A stretch of 64,000 bases of DNA from Planctomycetota bacterium. GTDB taxonomy: Bacteria; Planctomycetota; UBA1135; UBA2386. Location of the stretch: contig JACRLW010000103.1 of assembly GCA_016235155.1 (NCBI GenBank), positions 8,066 through 72,065 of the forward strand, in the 5' to 3' direction. Of the stretch, positions 56,160 through 64,000 are shown in pieces. The notes beneath the pieces were generated by a model, which saw only the letters and a list, made by a program, of their open reading frames with translations, did no database searches and was not told the DNA's origin. Each line of letters starts with the position of its first letter. The stretch's first letter is position 1. The translations under genes and the position numbers were made by a program.

Positions 56160-59100
56160 ATGGTCGCCATGGGCCCGATCGAACGGGACTTCGACGTCTT
56201 CCGCACCCGGCACGACCCCGCCGCGCTCGGCTCCGTCTTCGACGCCGTCGCACCGGAACTGCTGCTGGTCGCCGCGCACTTCGCCGGGCCCGGCGTCGAG
56301 GCCGAGGACCTCGTGCAGGCGACCTTCGTCGACGCGATCGAGAAGGCGGCGCGTTGGGACGCGACCCGACCGCTCGTCCCGTGGCTGATCGGCATCCTCG
56401 TGAACCACGCTCGGGCCGCGCGACGCCGCGCGCGCAAGGCGATCGACGTCGACCGCGCCGCGCACGATGTCGTGGTCGATCCGCTCGAAGAACTCCAGGC
56501 GAGCGAGGTCGCCGGGCGCGTGGGCGAGGCGCTGCGGTCCCTGCCACGGCAGTTCCGTCAGGCGCTCACGCTGCGCCTCGTGCACGGCCTCACCCCCACG
56601 CAGATCGCGCACGCGATCGGCTGCCCCGTCGCGACGGTCAAGACGCGCCTCCAGCGCGGCATGGACCAACTGCGCCGCGCGTTGCCCGCGGGCATCGCCG
56701 GCTCGCTCGCGCTGGTGCTGAGTTCGCAGAAGAGCCTCGCCGCCGTGCGTGTCGCCGTGCTCGCGCACGCCAAGGCTCTCGTTCCCGCCGCCGCTGCCGC
56801 CGCCGCGGGGATCGCGGTTGCCGTCGCCTCCACCGGACTGGTCATGAAGAAACTCGTCGCCGCCGCCGTCGCCGTCGTGATCGGCGTCGCGCTCTGGACC
56901 AGTCTCGATTCCCCTTCCGCTGGCGAACGCCCCGCTCCGGACCACCCCGACGCCGCCGCGCAGCGCGTCGCCGAACTGGCGCGAGACACTTCGTCCAGCG
57001 CGACCCCGAGCAGCGACGCGATTCCCGGTGCGCGCGCGGCGATCGCGACCGAACCGCCCGCGACCACCGGCAGCGCGATCCTGACCTGCGTGTGGAAGCA
57101 CGACGGCACACCGGCACGCGCGCTGCGCTTGTCGATGCCCGGGACTTCCGACGGTCCCGGCGACACGCGTTCGTCCCCGTGGCGGCAGCTTCGCAGCGAC
57201 GACGCTGGGCGCGTCGAGCTGCGCGATCTCGACCCGGGGGAATACATCGTCTCGGGTCGATCGCGCTCGACGTCGCTCCGCATCGTCGCGGGCGAGTGCG
57301 TCGAACAACGCATCGAGTTCGAAGCAGCGCTGCGCATCGACGGGCGCGTCGTCGACGCGAGCGGCGCAGCCGTCGCGGACGCGGAGGTCTGGCTGCAGTA
57401 CTTCCCGGACCCGCAGGACGACCGGCCGCGGAAGGTGGCGAGTTCCCGTGCGGACGGGACCTTCCGCTGCGCATTCGACTTCGGCGGTTCGCTGTGGGCG
57501 CGCAAGGCGGCGCACGCGTCGAGTGCCTGCGTCGACGTCGAGCAGGAGGGCCACGCCGAGGTCGTGCTCGAACTCGGCGCCCTGGTCGCGTCGCTGCGCG
57601 GCTCGGTGCGCAAGGCCGACGGCTCCCCCGCCGCGCGCGCGCATCGACTTCGTGCGCGACGCCCACGAGGACGCGCGGCATGCGCCGCTCGTGTTGTGGT
57701 CCGACGCACTGGGCACCTTCGCCACGGACGAACTCGCGCCCGGCGAGTGGCGCATGGTGGCGCAGGCCGACGACCACGCGCCGACGATGCGTCGCGTCAC
57801 CCTCGATCCCGACGCCGCGATCGAGCTGCGTCTCGAACGCGGTGCCACGCTGTTCGGTGAGGTCCGCGACGGCGCGGGTGCGCCGATCGCTGCGGCGATC
57901 GCGGTCTGTCCGGCGTGGGCGCTCGACCAGCGCGCGCTTCGACATCTCTGCGTGCGACAGGTCGTCGCCGATCCAGAAGGGCGCTATCGCATCCCGCAGG
58001 TGCCCTCCGGCGAACTCCGCTTCCGCGCGAGTGTCGAGCACACCATGGGAGTCGCGACCATGCTGCAAGCGCTCGACGGCCGCGAGCTGCGTCACGACGT
58101 CGTGCTCGACCGCGGCGCTTCGATCGAAGGCCGCGTGATCGGGCCGGACGGCGAGGGAATCGCGGGCTGGCAGGTGATCGCGTCGCCGAACGGCGGCGGC
58201 CACGGTCACGACGCGATCACGGGCGGCGACGGACGCTTCGCGATGCCCGGCGTGGAACCCGGCGAGTACTCCGTCGACGCGCGACCCGAGCAGGGCCTCT
58301 CCCGATGGACGCCCTCGGTGACCGTCACACCGGGCGGCGCACCGTTCGAACTGCGCGCGCTCGCGACCGACCGCGACGGCGCGCGGATCACCGGCACGCT
58401 CGCCGATCGGGAGGGCAGGCCGATCGTGCACGCGTCGGCGCGCTTACGGCTGGATCGCGATCCGAGCGGCGAGACCTCGATGACGGAGATCGACGATGCG
58501 CAGGGTCGTTTCGAGATCGGTCCGCTGCCGCCCGGTCGCTACGCGTTGGCGGTGCAACTCGGCGAGCACGGGTGGCTCGACACCGGCGTGCACGACGCCG
58601 CGCCGGGTTCGACGGTCGACCTCGGCCGCATCGTGCCGCCGGCACCGGGACGCCTCGCGATCCGGCTGCGCACACCAAAGGGCGAATCGGTCGAGCCGCT
58701 CGACGTCGCCGTGCACGACGCGGCGGGCAACGGTCCGTCGTCGTTCACGCGCGAAGCCGACGGCATCTGGCGGAGCCCGCCGCTACCGCCGGGCCGCTAC
58801 CAGCTCCGCGCCTGGGGCGAGCGCTTCGCGCCGTTGCGCACCGAAGTCGTCGTCGTCGCCGAGCGCGAGTCGCTCGCGGATCTCGCGATCGCAGCTGCGA
58901 CCGCGGTCACGTTTGCGCTGCGAAAGCCGCCGGGCATCGAGGGGCGCTGGACCGCGACCGCGTACTTCGCGCTGCGCGAAGTCCAAGGTGCGTACCTCGA
59001 CGGCCGCATGCTGACGATCGACACGACCGAAGAGTTCGTCCTCACGCGCGGTCTCGCGCCGGGGCGGTACGGGTTCGAGCTGCGCGCAACCGACGGCCCG

Positions 59101-59178
59101 CAGCACCGCGGCGAATTCGAGGTCGCCGTTGGAACGGCCGCGCAGCGGGTCGAGATCGCGGTCCGCTCAGCGCGCTGA
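56160..59178 (+). pseudogene. ECF sigma factor fused to TM segment(s) and multiple carboxypeptidase-regulatory-like domains; reading frame broken at a (CG)5 tract near 57632..57642
   Basis: Frame A (56160 to ~57640) carries sigma region 2/4 (EDLVQATFVDAIEK..., LTPTQIAHAIGCPVATVKTRLQRG), TM helices and CarbopepD_reg-like units. After ...SVRKADGSPAARA it turns into Arg-rich nonsense. Frame B continues the same domain type to 59178 (RIDFVRDAHED...GEVRDGAGAPI...GRVIGPDGEGI...). This could be a pseudogene, a phase variant or an assembly error. Confidence 0.6.
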
Positions 59179-60297
59179 GCCGTGCACGAGCGCCTGCCAC
59201 CGTTCGCCGATCACCTCCAGCACGCGCTGGTTCGTCGCCTTGTCCTTCACCGCGACGCGGAAGCCCTGGGCGCCGAGCGTCGTCCCCATCCCGGCGACGT
59301 CGCGCAGGAAGACGTCGCACGCCGCGCAGGCGTCGATCAGCGTGGCGATCCGCGGCCCGTCGGCGGGCGCGAACACGAGGAGGAAGTTCGTGCGCGACGG
59401 CACGACCTCGACGCCGGGGATCGCACCCGCGAGTCCGCGCGCGAGTTCGTCGCGCAGGGTCGCCGTCTCGCGCCACCGCGCGAGGTAGTAGTCGCGGTCC
59501 GCGAGTGCCCTCACCGCGGCGACCTGCGCCGGGAGACTCACGACCCAGGGCGGCGTGATGCGGCGCATCGCCTCGATCTCCGCCGGCGCACCGACCAGGT
59601 AACCGACCCGCAGACCGCTCAACGCGTACGCCTTCGACATGCTCTTGCCGACGAACACGTTCGGCGTCGTGACCGCGAAGCGCTCCAGCGACGCGGTCGG
59701 GTCGGCGTAGTCGACGTAGGTCTCGTCGATCCAGACCCGTGTCGCAGGCGACGCCCCGCGAAGCACCGCCTCGAGCGCGGCGCGCGGCACGTGACGCCCG
59801 GTCGGACTGTTCGGGTTGACGAGCACGACGAGCTCCGGCCCGGCCCGCAGTCGTTCCGCGAGTTCGTCGAGGTCGAGCACGAAGCCGCCGGCGCGGCGCA
59901 GCGCGATGCGCTCCACAGCGCAGCCGATCACCTCGCCGAGCAGGTGCGCGTACTCGCCGTAGCTCGGATCGAGAACCACCGCGCGCGAGTTCGGTCTCAC
60001 CCACTCCCGCAGCACGCGGAACACCAGATCGCTGGATCCCGAACCGAGCAGCACGCTCGCCGCCGGCACGCCGCGCGCCGCCGCGATCGCCTCGACGAGC
60101 CCCGCGCCCTGGGTCGGTGGACTCGTGCGCGCGAGCCACGCGAGGTGTTCGCGCAGCGCGGCGATCACCCCCGGCGCGGGATCGAACCACGCGTCGAGGA
60201 CGTCGGCGCCGATCACCTGCTCCTTGCGTTCGAGATGATCGAAGCGCTCACCGATCGCTCCGAAGAACGCGCCGCCGTGCTCGCAGACTTCGCGCAT
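59167..60297 (-). CDS. class I/II PLP-dependent aminotransferase (HisC/CobD-like)
   Basis: It contains LVNPNSPTGR, and the PLP-Lys motif KSMSKAYALSGLRVGY. The length is ~375 aa. Confidence 0.8.
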   Translation of the reverse strand: MREVCEHGGAFFGAIGERFDHLERKEQVIGADVLDAWFDPAPGVIAALREHLAWLARTSPPTQGAGLVEAIAAARGVPAASVLLGSGSSDLVFRVLREWVRPNSRAVVLDPSYGEYAHLLGEVIGCAVERIALRRAGGFVLDLDELAERLRAGPELVVLVNPNSPTGRHVPRAALEAVLRGASPATRVWIDETYVDYADPTASLERFAVTTPNVFVGKSMSKAYALSGLRVGYLVGAPAEIEAMRRITPPWVVSLPAQVAAVRALADRDYYLARWRETATLRDELARGLAGAIPGVEVVPSRTNFLLVFAPADGPRIATLIDACAACDVFLRDVAGMGTTLGAQGFRVAVKDKATNQRVLEVIGERWQALVHGSAR

Positions 60298-60336
60298 GTC
60301 GCGAGTATCGCCGGCCGCGACGCACGCGCGAGTTCG

Positions 60337-61230
60337 TCAGCCGAAGCGACGGCCGAGGCTCGGTTCGAGCGAAGCCCGCGCGGTGCGCAGGCAGTCGCGA
60401 ACCTCGCCCTGCTCGGGGCGATCGTGCACGAGGATCAGGTCCTCGAGGATGCGATCGAGCACGTCCGCGTCGTCAACGTCCTCGAGCGAGCGCTTCGCCG
60501 CGCCGCAGCCGAAACGCTCGAGGCGGCCGACGTAGCGCAGGCAATCGTGTCGCGTGACCGTCCGGCCCTCGTGATAGGGATCGACGAGGATCCGCCGGCG
60601 GCCATGCACGCGGACGAGGAGGAAGTCGGGGAGCAGGACGCTGCTCAGGTCGAGTCCCGCGCGCCGGCCGACGAGCAGGTAGAGGGCGCCGAGCACCGAC
60701 GACGGCCCGCGGCCCGTGTCGAGCACGCGGTCGGGGAGCCACGCGAGTCGATCGGCGGGCATGCGGCGCGAGCCGCGGAGCCCGTGGCGCTTCGCGAGCA
60801 ATTCGGCGAGATGTCGCGCCGCGGTCAGGCTGCTGCGGCCACGGACGAGCGGTCGGAGTTCGGCGGCCAGCGCTTCGAGGGCGGCATCGAACGCGCCGAG
60901 GTCCCCGGCTTCGTGGCGGACGAACGCGACCAGGCTGCGCATCCCGGCTTCGAGCACGGCGTGCGGCCCGCCGACCTCGCGCGCCTGGGCGACGTCTTGG
61001 GCGAACGCACGCGTCCAGGTCGCGAGCTCGAGCGAGCGCAGCACGGCGCGCGCGCGCACTCGGACGCGCGGGTCGTCGTCGCTCTCGGCGGCCTGGAGCC
61101 CCGCGTGGGCCGCGCTCCCCCACTCGAGGAGCCGGCGGCGGCAGAGGCGCAGGACCTTCGCGTCGTCGTCCGCGAGCAGGCGGACGACCGCGTGGATCGC
61201 CGACGTCTCGCGCAGCGTTTCGTGGAGCAT
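60337..61230 (-). CDS. transglutaminase-like/SirB1-type protein with HEAT-like N-terminus
   Basis: LPDRVLDTGRGPSSVLGALYLLVGRRAGLDLSSVLLPDFLLVRV...ILVDPYHEGRTVT resembles the SirB1/UPF0162 transglutaminase-like core. The assignment is by eye. Confidence 0.5.
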   Translation of the reverse strand: MLHETLRETSAIHAVVRLLADDDAKVLRLCRRRLLEWGSAAHAGLQAAESDDDPRVRVRARAVLRSLELATWTRAFAQDVAQAREVGGPHAVLEAGMRSLVAFVRHEAGDLGAFDAALEALAAELRPLVRGRSSLTAARHLAELLAKRHGLRGSRRMPADRLAWLPDRVLDTGRGPSSVLGALYLLVGRRAGLDLSSVLLPDFLLVRVHGRRRILVDPYHEGRTVTRHDCLRYVGRLERFGCGAAKRSLEDVDDADVLDRILEDLILVHDRPEQGEVRDCLRTARASLEPSLGRRFG

Positions 61231-61463
61231 GGTGGGGCCGACCTCTTCCGACGTGCACCAAGGCCCGTCGAGGCGGCGCGAGTCTAGCGACGGCTCCCAC
61301 GCGCGCGATCGTGCTGCGCACGCGTTTCCCGAACTGCGACGCGCGCATGCGCGACGCTGCCCTCCGTGCCTGCGGTGTCATCGCGCGCAGCGCACGTGCG
61401 ATGCGACGCGCCGCGACAGGAAAAAAACATCGGCGTCGCGGGGATCGGCGACGAGCGGCCGCC

Positions 61464-61572
61464 AAACGCGAACGGGCAGGTCGCGATCGAGCGGCAGCGA
61501 AACGCGAACGGGCAGGTCGCGATCTAGCGGCAACGAAACGCAAACGGGCCGGTCGCGATCGACCGGCCCGTT
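61464..61572. repeat. three tandem ~36-bp repeats; the last forms a perfect hairpin
   Basis: The units are 61464..61499 (aaacgcgaacgggcaggtcgcgatcgagcggcagcg), 61500..61535 (two mismatches) and 61536.. (a diverged copy). Confidence 0.8.
61543..61572 (-). terminator. perfect 13-bp stem / 4-nt loop hairpin ~20 nt downstream of tRNA-Leu
   Basis: The sequence is aacgggccggtcg-cgat-cgaccggcccgtt. On the minus strand it is followed by uugcguuucguu, a moderate U content. Confidence 0.5.
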
Positions 61573-61593
61573 CGGTAGCGCGTCACGCGCGAG

Positions 61594-61677
61594 TGCCCAG
61601 GACAGGACTTGAACCTGCACGACCTTGCGGTCACCAGCCCCTCAAGCTGGCGCGTCTGCCAATTCCGCCACCTGGGC
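61594..61677 (-). tRNA. tRNA-Leu (anticodon GAG)
   Basis: I folded this by hand into an 84-nt type II tRNA: GCCCAGG-TGGCGGAATTGGCAGACGCG-CCAGC-TTGAGGG-GCTGG-(15-nt variable arm)-GCAGG-TTCAAGT-CCTGT-CCTGGGC-A. CCA is not encoded. Confidence 0.85.
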
Positions 61678-61731
61678 GCATCGGAGGGGCGCGAGAAGCT
61701 AGCGCCGCGAAGGAGCGAGTCAAGGGTCGCG

Positions 61732-63750
61732 TCAGCGCCCGGCGAGGATGCGCGCCTTGATCGCCAGCCACTGCGGGTCGAGCGTCGTCTCGACGAAGGT
61801 GGTCCCCATCGTGCGGAACAACGCGCGCATCTCGACGAAGCCCGCGCGCCCCGACGCCGTGAACTTGTCGCGTTCGGTCTGCCAACGCTGCCGCATGCGC
61901 TTTTGGACTTCGGCCTCGAAACGGTCGCGCTCGGTCCGGTTCAACGCCGAGCGACTGCGATAGGCCGGGAACAGGTCGCGCAGCACCTCGGTGTCGATCG
62001 TCGAGCGCACGAGCATCTCCCACTCGGCGTCGGGTTCGTCGCTGCGCGTGTCGGCGAAGGCGATGTAGTCATCGGCGACCTCGGCGAGCCGCTCGCCCTG
62101 GAGAAACACGAAGCCGTTGGTGCGCGGTGCGAGTTCCTTCTCGAAGGTCTGGTAGTCGCCGAGTCCGAGCACGTTGCGACCCTGAAGACGCGCGAGGACC
62201 ATCTCGCGGATCAGCGGTCCGGAGTTGCTGATCACGAAGAAGTTGCCGTAGAGCATCAACGCGATCTCGCCGGTGCCCGGGATGTTCGGATTGGCGAGTT
62301 CGCGCGCCGCGTCGCCGCCGGTGCCACCGCGGACCGGAAGGTTGAACGCCTTGGTGAAGCCGAGCGTCGAGTAGTAGGTCGTGAGGAACGCGTAGAGCTC
62401 GTCGAGCTTGTTCCGGAAGCGCGGGTCGATCCAGAACACCCACGCGAAGTGCGGCGCGGGCGACGGCTCGAAGGTCTCGATGCGTTCGGCTTCCTTGGTC
62501 TGCGGGTTGTTGATCGCGGTGGCGCGGTGGAACACGAAGCCGGTGCGGGGCAGCAGCGCGGGGCGGATCGACTCGATCAGGTGGCCGACGCTGTCGCCGC
62601 GGCGAAGCTGTTCGTCGACGGCGAGCACCATCTCCTGGAGGAAGTCGCCCGCCGGCACGCGCAGCGCCGCGGCGGCGCAGGCGGACTCGGGGACCATCGT
62701 CAGGAAGGAGTCGAGCCACTCCTTGCGGTCCTGCGCCTCCGCCTTGAAGAACTGCGTCTGGAAGCCGGTGTGCAGGTTGCGGTTCAGGTCGATGCGCCCG
62801 AGGAACGTGATCGAACCCGGTTCGAAGATCAGCGAGCCGGTGAGGAAGCGCCAACTCTTGAGGTTCAGGAACGACGCGAGCACGCGCGTGTTCATGTCCG
62901 TCGGGTGACGCGGGTCGGGCCACCCGTCGTCCCACGAGGTGAACTGGAACAGGCGATCGGGCCGCAGATAGGCCTCGAGCGCGTTCGCGGGCACGCCGGC
63001 CATCTGCTCCCACTCGCGCAGGCGCGCCTCCACGCCGTCGCGGTAGTCCGATGAACCGCCGAACGAGTCCGCGCCGACGGCGCCGCGCGCGAGCTCGAGC
63101 GAGCGCTGAACGAAGGCCTCGTCGTTCGACACGATCACGCAGTCGAGCCAGCGCGCGAGCACGATCGGCTGCCCGTAGCCCTGCGTGATCCGCATCGTGC
63201 CGTCGGTCAACTGCTCGATGCGCAAGCCGTCGGCCGACAGGCCCTCGCGCACGCTGCTCCACTCGAGCAGTCCCCACGCGAAGCGGACCTTCCAGGACAC
63301 GCGCAGGTACGCGCAGAAGCCGGTCGACTGCGACGGGCCGCCGTCGAGACGCCCCGCGAGGATGACTTCGCTGCCGAGCACGTCGTCGAGCAGGTCGGCA
63401 AAGCCACCGGTCGCGTCCTGGATCTGCTTCGCGACGCCCTGGATCGCGGCGACCGCCTGTTCGATCTGCAAGTCGCGCTCGAGGCTGCTGCTCGTCGGTC
63501 CGGCGCGCAGTTCACCGAACGCGGGCGACGACGCGAGCTTCTGCCAGAACTTCGGCTCGGGGAACTGCGTGAAGTCGTCGCGCAGTTCGGTCTTGCGCAC
63601 GAAGTAGTCCGTGTCGCGCGGCACGAGCTCGCGCATGTCCGGCAACGAACCCTCGAAGGGGTTGAAGACGAACGCGAGGACGAACAGCAACGCCAGCACC
63701 ACGAACAGCGCGGAGCCGATGCCGAGGAACTTCCAGAACTTGCGGCGCAT
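61732..63750 (-). CDS. large hypothetical protein with N-terminal membrane anchor
   Basis: The 672-aa ORF has balanced, protein-like composition. The N-terminal TM is KFLGIGSALFVVLALLFVLAFVF. I recognise no motif. Confidence 0.6.
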   Translation of the reverse strand: MRRKFWKFLGIGSALFVVLALLFVLAFVFNPFEGSLPDMRELVPRDTDYFVRKTELRDDFTQFPEPKFWQKLASSPAFGELRAGPTSSSLERDLQIEQAVAAIQGVAKQIQDATGGFADLLDDVLGSEVILAGRLDGGPSQSTGFCAYLRVSWKVRFAWGLLEWSSVREGLSADGLRIEQLTDGTMRITQGYGQPIVLARWLDCVIVSNDEAFVQRSLELARGAVGADSFGGSSDYRDGVEARLREWEQMAGVPANALEAYLRPDRLFQFTSWDDGWPDPRHPTDMNTRVLASFLNLKSWRFLTGSLIFEPGSITFLGRIDLNRNLHTGFQTQFFKAEAQDRKEWLDSFLTMVPESACAAAALRVPAGDFLQEMVLAVDEQLRRGDSVGHLIESIRPALLPRTGFVFHRATAINNPQTKEAERIETFEPSPAPHFAWVFWIDPRFRNKLDELYAFLTTYYSTLGFTKAFNLPVRGGTGGDAARELANPNIPGTGEIALMLYGNFFVISNSGPLIREMVLARLQGRNVLGLGDYQTFEKELAPRTNGFVFLQGERLAEVADDYIAFADTRSDEPDAEWEMLVRSTIDTEVLRDLFPAYRSRSALNRTERDRFEAEVQKRMRQRWQTERDKFTASGRAGFVEMRALFRTMGTTFVETTLDPQWLAIKARILAGR

Positions 63751-63941
63751 GGATTCGGGGGCTCGAGTCCTTCGCGGTCGGGGAACGGACCGCCGATGTC
63801 AGCGCGGGAAGGCTATCGGCTGACGGCGCGCGAGGAACGCTGTGGACCGTGCGGTGAGCGTCGATCTTCCCGGTGAGGGCCGCCGGTTTGCGCCTGCGAA
63901 GGGTCGCGGCTCCAATCCCGCCTTCCGACGCCGATCGCCGC

Positions 63942-64000
63942 ATGTCCGAGATTCCGCTCAGCGCGCGCGCGCGCGCCATCACCGACTCGATCACGCTCGC
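63942..64000 (+). CDS. probable aminotransferase (AspC-like), first ~19 codons only
   Basis: MSEIPLSARARAITDSITL resembles the common N-terminus of class I aminotransferases (LS.R...i..S.Tl). It is truncated by the window edge. Confidence 0.4.
   Translation, partial: MSEIPLSARARAITDSITL

Noticed and set aside
61464-61572. Possible CRISPR array (36-bp repeats)
   Set aside because: The three units are directly adjacent with no spacers. There are only three copies and no cas genes in the window. This is a tandem repeat or hairpin array next to a tRNA instead.
63957-63977. (GC)n tract near the window end as a second slippage or frameshift site
   Set aside because: Here the tract is read in frame as SARARA within a plausible aminotransferase N-terminus. 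No frame break is visible in the few codons available.

Overview
This is a very GC-rich (roughly 70% by eye, not computed), gene-dense bacterial chromosomal segment. It holds about 50 protein-coding genes and 2 tRNAs. I recognised no rRNA, CRISPR array, transposase or integrase. Because of the GC content, the six-frame track is full of long spurious antisense or out-of-frame ORFs (Arg/Ala/Pro/Gly-rich). I chose frames by protein-like composition and recognisable motifs, and re-derived many start codons by hand. Housekeeping genes include metH preceded by a SahR-like ArsR/methyltransferase regulator, prlC, lipB, xseA/xseB, trxA, an Mrp/ApbC ATPase, HU, a sigma-70, a C-N hydrolase and aminotransferases. 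They are interleaved with a large envelope/secretome set: ELWxxDGT, SBBP and FG-GAP repeat proteins, an S8 protease, a GH29 fucosidase, a heparinase II/III-like protein and a giant DsbD-like reductase. There are also three ECF-sigma modules, two of them paired with Ser/Thr kinases. The repertoire suggests a Myxococcota/Planctomycetota-like high-GC lineage, but that is inference only. Main second-look items are as follows. (1) A TlpA/thioredoxin-like gene is split in the track by a single in-frame TGA, which sits exactly at the first Cys of the CxxC motif and is followed by a SECIS-like hairpin; this is a probable unannotated selenoprotein. (2) A bacterial homologue of the Vms1/ANKZF1 VLRF1 peptidyl-tRNA hydrolase domain is translationally coupled inside a DsbD-like/VanZ-like/GalK-like operon. 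(3) An unnamed ~100-aa C-terminal domain is shared by five otherwise unrelated secreted proteins, and four of them sit next to ECF-sigma modules. (4) A decayed defence-gene patch at 1.3-5.0 kb holds an ABC/AAA ATPase split by hsdR fragments, an HNH-like remnant and other pieces; the only intact gene there is a RhuM-Fic/Doc gene. (5) Two frameshifted genes are present, one broken at a (CG)5 tract inside an ECF-sigma/transmembrane fusion.
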